From contig JBHLRZ010000025.1 of assembly GCA_048882045.1 (NCBI GenBank), positions 1 through 49,534 on the forward strand: 49,534 nt of DNA, written 5' to 3'. The notes beneath the pieces were generated by a model that was not told the origin of the DNA, searched no databases, and saw only the letters and a list, made by a program, of their open reading frames with translations. The translations under genes were made by a program, and so were the position numbers. This stretch comes from Candidatus Thorarchaeota archaeon. GTDB lineage: Archaea; Asgardarchaeota; Thorarchaeia; Thorarchaeales; Thorarchaeaceae. Shown in pieces: positions 28,173 to 36,206 of the stretch; position 1 is the stretch's first letter; each line of letters opens with the position of its first letter.

Positions 28173-29690
28173 ATGAGTTCAGAGCGAGATTTCAACGAAA
28201 TCATCACAGGTCTAGCGAAGAAACGCGGATTCTTTTGGGGTCCATCACCTGAGATTTACGGAGGTAGCTCTGGATTCTATGATTTAGGTCCTCTTGGAAA
28301 GCTACTCAAAAATAGACTTGAGAACCAGATTCGTTCAGCCTTTGTCCGTGCAAACTTCTGGGAGGTCGAGTGTCCCACTGTGAGCCCTGCTCAGGTGTGG
28401 AAAGCGTCTGGCCATCTTGATGGATTCATCGATCCAGTCACACAATGCACCAAATGTGGACAGGTCTACCGTGCAGACAACCTCATAGAAGAGAAATCTC
28501 CAGACACACAGATAGCTGGTCAGACAGTGGAAGAGTTGACTGAAACGATTGAGAAGATTGGACTCGTCTGTCCCGTCTGCAAAGGAACTCTTGGTCCTGT
28601 GGAAACCTACAATCTCATGATGAAGACACGTTTGGGTCTGGATCAGGAAGCATACCTGAGACCTGAAACTGCAACCACAACTTATCTTCTATTCAAAAGA
28701 TTCCTAACGTTCTTCAGAGACAAACTTCCTGCTTCAGTCTTTCAGATTGGCAAAGCATACAGAAACGAGATATCTCCCAGACAAGGTATGTTACGTCTTC
28801 GGGAGTTCACGCAGACTGAAGGTCAGATCTTTCTGCTTAAACAGGATGAGATGGACTGGCCACAGTTCGATGAAATCAAGAATGAAGAACTTCCTCTTGT
28901 CACATCCCAGGCTCAAGAGAAGGGTGACTACAAAGTGGTCATGACCAAGATGTCTGAAGCTATCAAGAAGGGTTACTTCCAGAAACCAGCTTACGCATGG
29001 TGTGTATACGTGGGATATGACATCTTCAGGAGGATGGGATTCTCAGAAGACAAGATGAGACTGCGTCAACACCTCATGACTGAACGAGCGCATTATGCAG
29101 CTGATGCATGGGACATTGAGATACACACTGACAGTTTCGGTTGGGTAGAATGCTGCGGTGTTCATGATAGGGGCAATTATGATTTATCGCGACATCAGGA
29201 ATTCTCAAAGCAGAATCTCCATGTGAAGGTGGACAAGAAACCCGTTGTGCCTGAAGTCCTTGAGATTGCTTTCGGTATAGAGAGACCCCTCTTCTGTTTG
29301 CTAGATAATTCGTTCAGACCCGAAACCAAGGAGCGTGACACTGATTGGTTACAATTCCCCCCAGAAGTTGCCCCCATACAAGTTGCTGTATTCCCTCTCA
29401 TGGGAAAAGATGAACTCCTGGGTCCTTCGCGAGAAATCTATGATGAGGTCATGGATTCTGGATTTGTATGTCAACACGACGTAGGAGGTTCAATCGGGAA
29501 GCGATATAGACGTCAAGACGAGGTGGGAACTCCCTATTGTGTCACAATCGACTACACAACACTTGAGGATGGAACTGTCACAGTTAGAGACCGTGATTCC
29601 ATGGAACAAGTCCGTGTTCACAGGGACCAACTGGTTGATACATTGAGAGGTCTTGTTCGACGGAAAATTCAGTTTGAATCTCTGAAATAA
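28173..29690 (+). CDS. glyS: Glycyl-tRNA synthetase (alpha2, archaeal/eukaryotic type)
   Basis: EIYGG, YLRPETA, QIGKAYRNEISPRQG, REFTQ.E, SIGKRYRRQDEVGTP; ATG 28173. Confidence 0.96.
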   Translation: MSSERDFNEIITGLAKKRGFFWGPSPEIYGGSSGFYDLGPLGKLLKNRLENQIRSAFVRANFWEVECPTVSPAQVWKASGHLDGFIDPVTQCTKCGQVYRADNLIEEKSPDTQIAGQTVEELTETIEKIGLVCPVCKGTLGPVETYNLMMKTRLGLDQEAYLRPETATTTYLLFKRFLTFFRDKLPASVFQIGKAYRNEISPRQGMLRLREFTQTEGQIFLLKQDEMDWPQFDEIKNEELPLVTSQAQEKGDYKVVMTKMSEAIKKGYFQKPAYAWCVYVGYDIFRRMGFSEDKMRLRQHLMTERAHYAADAWDIEIHTDSFGWVECCGVHDRGNYDLSRHQEFSKQNLHVKVDKKPVVPEVLEIAFGIERPLFCLLDNSFRPETKERDTDWLQFPPEVAPIQVAVFPLMGKDELLGPSREIYDEVMDSGFVCQHDVGGSIGKRYRRQDEVGTPYCVTIDYTTLEDGTVTVRDRDSMEQVRVHRDQLVDTLRGLVRRKIQFESLK

Positions 29691-29750
29691 TGAGATTTTG
29701 ATAGGACAAAACAGTAATACGGTTGACTAGCAATCCTGATTGTTAGGTTT

Positions 29751-30551
29751 GTGATAGACTTGAAGGACCAATATGAGGAGAAACCCTTTGATCGAGAGAT
29801 TGTTGTGGAACTAATGGAACAAGGACTTCGTTCTCACTACATATCTGGTCTAATTGAAGTAGATGTCACAAAAGGTCGTCAATTAATCAGAGAATATGAA
29901 GAATCCTCCGGAAAAGAACTCTCCTTTACAGCTTGGATAACGAAATGTATAGCACAGGCTGTCAGCGAACACAGGAATGTTCATGCAATTAGAAAAGGAA
30001 AGCGATTGATAATCTTCAACGATGTAGATGTTTCTGTCATGGTTGAAAGGCAGATAGATGGAGAGATGGGGGCTCAGACCTATATTGTAAGAAAAGCTAA
30101 TGAAAAAACAGTGCATGAGATTCAGGAGGAAATTTGGGCAATTCGATCTCGGAAGGATGGCGACATCTCTGATACGGTTAATCAAAAAATGATGAGAAGA
30201 CTTTTTGCTCTACCCAAGTTTCTGCGTGATTTCCTTTTTTGGCGCAAGTTTAGGACTGATCCTTTCTTTGTGAAGAAACACCTTGGTACTGTCACGGTAA
30301 CAGCAGTAGGAATGTATGGCAAAGGAAAAAGTGGATGGGCAGTCCCTATCAGTATCTCTCCTGTGCTTTTTGCACTTGGAGGAATAGCAAAGAAACCAGC
30401 AGTGATTGATGATGATGACATAAAGATAAGGGAATACCTCTGTGTCACTATCTTCATGAATCATGACGTAGTTGATGGTGGTCCTGCAGCTCGTTTCGTG
30501 GCACGTTTCGCTGAATTGGTCGAGTCTGTGTTTGGGATTGATATCGACTGA
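29751..30551 (+). CDS. Stand-alone 2-oxoacid dehydrogenase E2-type acyltransferase catalytic domain
   Basis: EVDVT, GTVTVT, HDVVDGGPAARF (H..DG motif); no lipoyl domain. Confidence 0.85.
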   Translation: MIDLKDQYEEKPFDREIVVELMEQGLRSHYISGLIEVDVTKGRQLIREYEESSGKELSFTAWITKCIAQAVSEHRNVHAIRKGKRLIIFNDVDVSVMVERQIDGEMGAQTYIVRKANEKTVHEIQEEIWAIRSRKDGDISDTVNQKMMRRLFALPKFLRDFLFWRKFRTDPFFVKKHLGTVTVTAVGMYGKGKSGWAVPISISPVLFALGGIAKKPAVIDDDDIKIREYLCVTIFMNHDVVDGGPAARFVARFAELVESVFGIDID

Positions 30552-30576
30552 TACAATATTTCGTTCTCTCTAGCAA

Positions 30577-30936
30577 TCAGAAGATTGTGTCCTCACTCAT
30601 CTTCACTCTGCCATTCTCGATGGGTACTCCTTCATCCTCACAGTGTTTACATCTGCCCTCAGCTCTCTTCCTATCACCACCAAAGCTGCCATCTTCCTTC
30701 ACAACTCGGTGACACGCGACGACAGGAAATAGTGGGTTCTTATGCAAGGAGTTCGCAACAGCCCTGTAGGCTTTTGGATTCCCAATCATTTTGGCAATTC
30801 TACCATAAGTGCTCACTTTTCCTTGCGGAATCTTGAAGGTGGCTGCATAGACTTTGCTATCGAACTCAGTATAGCCAGGAATCTCCAAGGTTGTACGTTT
30901 CACGTCCACCGCAGATTTGATCTTATTAAGGTCCAA
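30577..30936 (-). CDS. ogt: O6-alkylguanine-DNA alkyltransferase (MGMT family), single domain
   Basis: IPQGKVSTYGRIA, RAVANSL..NP, ACHRVV; TTG start after GGAGG. Confidence 0.85.
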   Translation of the reverse strand: MDLNKIKSAVDVKRTTLEIPGYTEFDSKVYAATFKIPQGKVSTYGRIAKMIGNPKAYRAVANSLHKNPLFPVVACHRVVKEDGSFGGDRKRAEGRCKHCEDEGVPIENGRVKMSEDTIF

Positions 30937-31080
30937 CGATTATTCCTCCAAACTGTCGATGAATAGAAAAGACGGTTCTCAAATATGGCTCTTTCACTCA
31001 AAGCAGCCGAGTGAAAGTGCATCCAATTATGGGAAAGAGAGATAAGGTCCGCAGCACATCTGGGCTCTGAGAGCGGGTGA

Positions 31081-31533
31081 TTGATGAACGATACAGATGA
31101 ACATGTTCAAGTGAAGACTATTCTTGTGGCTGTCGACGGTTCTGAGCATTCACTCAAGGCTGTTCGATATGCCTGCGCATTAGGAACACCTCTAGGTGCA
31201 GAGGTCATCCTGCTTCATGTAGTTCCGATGCTTGTTTCAGCAACACCATACCATGACACAGTTTCAGACCAACCTTTCATATCCCTTCAGAAGGTAGGAG
31301 AAGACATACTCGCTCGAGCAAAGACGATTACCAGAGACTTGAATTGTGAAGTCATCGACATGATAACCCATGGCGATCCTGCATCCAAGATTATAGACAT
31401 CGCTAAGGAGAGGGATGTGGACATTATCATTCTCGGTTCAAGAGGATTGAGTGGAATCAAACGATTGTTTGTTGGATCGATAAGCGACAAGGTTGCTAGT
31501 CATGCTCATTGTCCTGTAATGATTGTGCGGTAG
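31081..31533 (+). CDS. Universal stress protein (USP)
   Basis: ILVAVDGS, GDPA, GSRG..G....GSIS, CPVMIVR. Confidence 0.93.
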   Translation: MMNDTDEHVQVKTILVAVDGSEHSLKAVRYACALGTPLGAEVILLHVVPMLVSATPYHDTVSDQPFISLQKVGEDILARAKTITRDLNCEVIDMITHGDPASKIIDIAKERDVDIIILGSRGLSGIKRLFVGSISDKVASHAHCPVMIVR

Positions 31534-31538
31534 AAGTC

Positions 31539-32801
31539 ATGACAGATTCTGAATCCCTCGGGATCTCAGTTGACATTGGAACTAGTAATTTGACTCTGCA
31601 TCTGATTAATCTTCAAAGTTCGCAGGCCCTTGCTGAACGAGTCATTCCAAACCCTCAGAGCGAATATGGAGATGAGATCATCTCAAGAATGGATGCGGCA
31701 AGAGATTCAGAAGTAGCATCCAGGCTCGCATCACTCGTTCGTCAATCAATCGGGAATACGATAAACTCGATGCTGATTGAGACAATGCAGTCTAGTGATT
31801 CAGTCATTTCCATTGTGGTCGTCGGTAACACTGCAATGCACCATCTCTTCTACAAGCAATCAATCGCCTCCCTATTGAAGCCGCCCTACAACGCTGACCA
31901 TAAAGAAGCTGTCCTAGTTCCTGCCGCTGATGTGGATTTGCCCTTCAGCAAACTGACAAGTTGCTACTCTCCTCCCATCGTTGAATCCTATGTTGGTGCT
32001 GATGCAGTCGCCATGATGATTGAAACAGGCTTTCCTGATGCCAAGAAGACAATCGTATCCATCGATGTTGGTACAAACACAGAGATTGCAATCCTCAAAG
32101 ATCACAAGATTTGGATCGCCTCAGCCGCCTCAGGACCCGCGTTTGAAGGGATGTCAGTTCAATGCGGAATATCTGGAGGAGCTGGTGCTATCTCTGCAGT
32201 GTCGATAAAGAAAAGTGATCAGAAACCAGAGTTGGAGGTGATGGGAAGTGGAAAGCCATCAGGTATCTGTGGCACTGGGGCAGTTTCCGCGATAGCCAGT
32301 ATGCTCGATACAGAGATATTACTTCCAAGAGGATCATTCAACAGGCAGCTATCATCCCCCCAGTTGATTCTTGATAGTACTATCGTTCACTACGTTTTAG
32401 CAACTCAAAATGAGTCATTGACCGGTTCTAGCATAATCCTGACACAACCTGATATTCGAATGCTACAGCAGTCCAAAGCAGCGATACGTGGAGCATTTGA
32501 CCTGCTGCTTGAACATGCAGATATCATTCCACAAGATATTGATCAACTCAACCTAACAGGTGTCTTTGGAACGGGCCTATCAATGGATGATGCTGTTAGA
32601 ATTGGTCTGTTCCCCGAGTTGCCTTCTACTGAGGTTCGTCAAATTCTTGGTGGAGCTATTAGAGGTGCAGATCTCCTTCATATAGAAAAGTACAGGAACC
32701 TTGCGGATAAGATTGTTCAAGAAACTACCCACATTAACCTCACTGACAATCCATCGTTTAAGGAAAAGTTTACCAAATCTCTAGAATTCCCTAGTAGATG
32801 A
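31539..32801 (+). CDS. ASKHA ATPase, RACo/DUF4445 (corrinoid activator) family, without N-terminal [2Fe-2S] domain
   Basis: DIGTS, NPQ..YG.EIISR, GNTAMHH, DVGTNTEI, ASGPAFEG, GICGTG, KAAI; ATG 31539, 5 nt after the USP stop. Confidence 0.88.
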   Translation: MTDSESLGISVDIGTSNLTLHLINLQSSQALAERVIPNPQSEYGDEIISRMDAARDSEVASRLASLVRQSIGNTINSMLIETMQSSDSVISIVVVGNTAMHHLFYKQSIASLLKPPYNADHKEAVLVPAADVDLPFSKLTSCYSPPIVESYVGADAVAMMIETGFPDAKKTIVSIDVGTNTEIAILKDHKIWIASAASGPAFEGMSVQCGISGGAGAISAVSIKKSDQKPELEVMGSGKPSGICGTGAVSAIASMLDTEILLPRGSFNRQLSSPQLILDSTIVHYVLATQNESLTGSSIILTQPDIRMLQQSKAAIRGAFDLLLEHADIIPQDIDQLNLTGVFGTGLSMDDAVRIGLFPELPSTEVRQILGGAIRGADLLHIEKYRNLADKIVQETTHINLTDNPSFKEKFTKSLEFPSR

Positions 32802-33279
32802 GTTCATCCAAATGGTATATCTCTCCACGTCGTATTCTGGATGAGGAGAGGGGTCTCCCGTCCATAGTCCGCACCCTCGGGATGACTATAATGTGGAACC
32901 TTCGGAGTCCATTGTCAATTCGCATCTGATTGATGTCAAAAGCATTCTGGACCACCCCGATCTCATCTGAAACAATGAGCGCTTCGAGGTCCTTCATCTT
33001 GTCTGCCCCACCTTCCGTAGTTTCTATTGGAAAGATGCTAAACCTTTCTGGGTCAAACTCGAATTGGATGAACTTCTCAAGTTCAGCATACCGTTCAGCA
33101 TAACTCTGAATGAGGTGACGATCACTCTTATACTGGAGCATTGCGTCAGTCGTCAGACCCAGAGCCACCGTTTTGCTCAATTTGAAGGCTGTACGGATGA
33201 TGTGTTTATGCCCCTCATGTAGATGGTCAAATGTGCCAGCAAAGACAACCTTCTTGTATTGCCAATGACCATCTCCCAG
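32791..33279 (-). CDS. coaD: Phosphopantetheine adenylyltransferase, archaeal/eukaryotic type
   Basis: The frame upstream of the ORF-track TTG encodes KKVVFAGTFDHLHEGHKH; also LIVS.E, IN..R...GL, LSSSRIR. The only start candidate ahead of the HxGH motif is CTG 33279. Confidence 0.9.
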   Translation of the reverse strand: MGDGHWQYKKVVFAGTFDHLHEGHKHIIRTAFKLSKTVALGLTTDAMLQYKSDRHLIQSYAERYAELEKFIQFEFDPERFSIFPIETTEGGADKMKDLEALIVSDEIGVVQNAFDINQMRIDNGLRRFHIIVIPRVRTMDGRPLSSSRIRRGEIYHLDELIY

Positions 33280-33282
33280 AGC

Positions 33283-35274
33283 TTACACACTCCTTGACTC
33301 TATTATCCCTGCTTCGGTGAGGTCTTTTACAATCTTAATCATCTTTCGAGAGTCAATCTCTTTGAATTGGAAACAAATCATGTCCCAAACAAGATCAAGT
33401 GATGTCCAGTCTTTTGACATATTGAGCATCTCATCCATGGATGCGAATATCTGCTCCTCATCCTGGCTCATCTTGAAATACTCTGGACCCTTATCTCCCA
33501 AGCTCTTAATGACATATCCAGGGCTCATTGCATAGTCATGGATTCTCTTTACTTCTATTCCGAAGCTTTCTGCATCAAGAGAAATTTGGTCTTCCTGCAT
33601 TGCTTCCAATCCCACCTCTGCACATGCTCCTTCGTAGGCTTTCCTAGCTACTACCATCTCTGTTGTATAGACCATCTGCAGACTTGTCTTCAGTGATTGG
33701 CGAAGAGATTCCTGCTCAGAAATGAGCGACCATTCTTTTGTAGCTTTGTCAAGGGTTTCTTGACCAAGATCATGAGCAAGTCCTAACCATCGGAGAACCC
33801 TTGGATAGATCTTTTCTGGGTCCCCGAGACAGCGTGAGAGCTCTGTAACTCCTCGCATGCTAACCTCCTGCATCAACTCCACGAACTCGTTTCTGCACTC
33901 AGTCAGCAATGTTTCTTCATAGACGTGGTTCGGAAGAACTAGTGATAGTGCTGACAGAGCTCCAATCCTCGATGCATATGCCAATTGACGAGTATCCAAC
34001 TTGTCTGGCGTATCAGTTGAGGTGTGGTAGAACCGGTCTGGAAACTGATTCAACATTACAGCTGGTATCCCCACTGTACTATCTGTCAGCATGAAGTGGT
34101 CACTACCAGCAGAATATCGTTTATACTTGAAAGGAAGTGGTGCAACCATCCCGCCAACAAGTCGGTCATCCTCTCTCTCTGCTTCTTTCTTAGACCAATA
34201 TCGGACGACATTGTTCAATGTAGTTGGAAGTGAGAACGGGGTTCTGTATAGATTCAGGACAGAACCAGATTTTGTAGGATCTGCACCAACCATGTCAAGG
34301 TTGATCATCGCTCTACAACGTTTGAGCATCTCTGGTTGATTGTTGATGAAATAGATAGTGCCTGACCACTCAGGAATCCAGAGGAATCTTATGGAGTATG
34401 CTGGTTTTGGTATCTCATCATTCTTGATAAGATATGAGAGAGTACGTAGGATCTCAAGTAGAGCTGCACTTCCTGAAGCATTGTCGTTAGCTCCTGGATT
34501 AGGATGACATAGATGGGCTGCCAACCAGATCTCTTTCTTCCTATCATCACCAGGAAGTAATGCTGAGAGGACCTGAAGTTTACCAATGTAGAGATTAGCA
34601 TCTACCTTCGCCTTGACCTTTACAGTCTTCCCTTCTTTAAGCAGCTGTTTGATTTTGACTCCGTCACTCTGTCTCAACGAAAAACCAAACTTGGCCTTAT
34701 CCATCTTATCACTTGCTGGCCAGATTGCGTCATATCTTCTCAGTTCAGCTATCTCATCTTTTCCATTAGGAGGTACATAGGTCAATATCCCCGCTGCTCC
34801 ATGTTTGATACATGCGACTTCATGTGCAAGACGTGCGAGGCTTTCAGTAAGGACGATCTTCCCTCTGACATCTTTTCCTTCATAGTCTGCAGCAGTAAGT
34901 CCTTTTCCTACATCAATGACCTCTGACTCGATTTCGCAACTAGTTGAATGTGCGACCAGAGAAATTGGTTCCGCTCCGAAGTCCGCAAGAAGTCTATGTT
35001 CAGGTTCCACCAACTCAAGTCTGCCCTCTTCGCCTTCCCAACTGAATGGGTTCTGCCATGTGCCAATTGTAATCTTACCATCCGTTGGATATTCGAACAT
35101 CTCAATATCTGCCTCTGAAACTTTCTTGATTGTTGATTTGACATATTCGACTGCTTCAAGAAATCCAGGGCTTCCTTGTATCCTGTGATATGTTGAGATT
35201 GCTGATGCATAGTCCTTTGCGCGGATTCCAGAAATTGTATCCGCAACTGCTTTGATGATTTCGTGTGGTAACAT
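33283..35274 (-). CDS. M28-family (DUF4910-like) aminopeptidase with PA domain
   Basis: HRIQGS, DVRGKIVL (PA), HLCHP..GANDNASG, PEW.GT, NLDMVG, GSDH, YHTS.D. Confidence 0.85.
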   Translation of the reverse strand: MLPHEIIKAVADTISGIRAKDYASAISTYHRIQGSPGFLEAVEYVKSTIKKVSEADIEMFEYPTDGKITIGTWQNPFSWEGEEGRLELVEPEHRLLADFGAEPISLVAHSTSCEIESEVIDVGKGLTAADYEGKDVRGKIVLTESLARLAHEVACIKHGAAGILTYVPPNGKDEIAELRRYDAIWPASDKMDKAKFGFSLRQSDGVKIKQLLKEGKTVKVKAKVDANLYIGKLQVLSALLPGDDRKKEIWLAAHLCHPNPGANDNASGSAALLEILRTLSYLIKNDEIPKPAYSIRFLWIPEWSGTIYFINNQPEMLKRCRAMINLDMVGADPTKSGSVLNLYRTPFSLPTTLNNVVRYWSKKEAEREDDRLVGGMVAPLPFKYKRYSAGSDHFMLTDSTVGIPAVMLNQFPDRFYHTSTDTPDKLDTRQLAYASRIGALSALSLVLPNHVYEETLLTECRNEFVELMQEVSMRGVTELSRCLGDPEKIYPRVLRWLGLAHDLGQETLDKATKEWSLISEQESLRQSLKTSLQMVYTTEMVVARKAYEGACAEVGLEAMQEDQISLDAESFGIEVKRIHDYAMSPGYVIKSLGDKGPEYFKMSQDEEQIFASMDEMLNMSKDWTSLDLVWDMICFQFKEIDSRKMIKIVKDLTEAGIIESRSV

Positions 35275-35353
35275 ATTATCCTCTCACACAGGAAAAATCG
35301 GGTGATAATCTAACATAAGTAGTCTACGCCTATGGCTAAATCACCATAGTTGC

Positions 35354-35391
35354 AGAAAAAACAGGTCCCGGAGGTGCGTCTTTACCTCCGG
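35354..35391 (-). terminator. Hairpin plus U tract after ferritin
   Basis: ccggaggt/acctccgg stem (35368-35391), then gacctgttttttct on the minus strand. Confidence 0.65.
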
Positions 35392-35420
35392 TAGCTCCGT
35401 ATAATCAAGCATTCTAAGAC

Positions 35421-35948
35421 TTATGGAGCAGTAGAATCTACTGGGACTGGTGGAGCTGGTGGTCGAGCACCTAGCTCTGCATCGAGTTGAAGTAGAGCTG
35501 GAATTGAGTCACCAATTAACTTCAGTTTGTCCCTCTGTTCCATTGTATTTGCTTCTTCCTCAGTCTGCTCATTATAGAACCAAGTGAGCATTGCCTGTGT
35601 CGATCTGTCACCTAATTTGTCAGCAATGTCTCCAATCTTGTAGATTCTTTCTGTGACAATAGTTTCGTGATGGTAAGCGTCAGCAAATACTTCATGGGCT
35701 GATTCCCATTCAGTCTTTGGAGCTGCAATCTCTTTCATCACAACTCTCGCTCCACGCTCAGTGAGATGTCTGTAGAATCTCATTGCGTGATTGAACTCTT
35801 CTTGGTACTGTACCTCCATCCAATGAGCCATGCCAGTGAGGTTTTGTTGTTCAAACCAGGTTGCCATTGACATATAGATGAAAGCACTGTATAGCTCAAA
35901 ATTCAGTTGATCATTAATTGCGTCAACTAGTTCCTTACTTATCTCCAT
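35421..35948 (-). CDS. ftnA: Ferritin (non-heme, prokaryotic type)
   Basis: N.QLNFELYSA..Y, QYQEEFNHA, HETIVT..I, WFYNEQTEEE ferroxidase pattern; GAGGTG RBS. Confidence 0.93.
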   Translation of the reverse strand: MEISKELVDAINDQLNFELYSAFIYMSMATWFEQQNLTGMAHWMEVQYQEEFNHAMRFYRHLTERGARVVMKEIAAPKTEWESAHEVFADAYHHETIVTERIYKIGDIADKLGDRSTQAMLTWFYNEQTEEEANTMEQRDKLKLIGDSIPALLQLDAELGARPPAPPVPVDSTAP

Positions 35949-36005
35949 GAATAATACACCTCAACTTCGGTGTTAATGTTCTCAACCCTCAGTTGAACTC
36001 CTTCA

Positions 36006-36031
36006 CAATAGCTAATTCTATTGACTTTAAA
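36006..36031 (-). promoter_or_regulatory. Ferritin promoter: TATA (TTTAAA) with adjacent CAATAG-N6-CTATTG palindrome
   Basis: caatag 36006-36011, ctattg 36018-36023, tttaaa 36026-36031 with a purine-rich BRE-like sequence on the minus strand. Confidence 0.4.
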
Positions 36032-36206
36032 CTTTCGGTACGACACACTAGATAGAACGTTTTCTTATTGCAAAGATAACCATGACTATCAAAGTTGTAA
36101 CTGCATTTCTCTATTTGCTGGCTGGGTTTGTCATATTTGTCTTACGAACCTTTTTTTGAAATGATAGACTTTGTTGACTCTGTATAACGCCCGGAGTGAC
36201 AATTGT

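Noticed and set aside
32791-35274. Peptidase-coaD fusion by stop read-through
   Set aside because: The stop is TAA, both proteins are complete on their own, and an RBS-supported CTG explains the layout more simply.
35949-36005. Eukaryote-like iron-responsive element in the ferritin leader
   Set aside because: No CAGUGN loop on a bulged-C stem on the coding strand.
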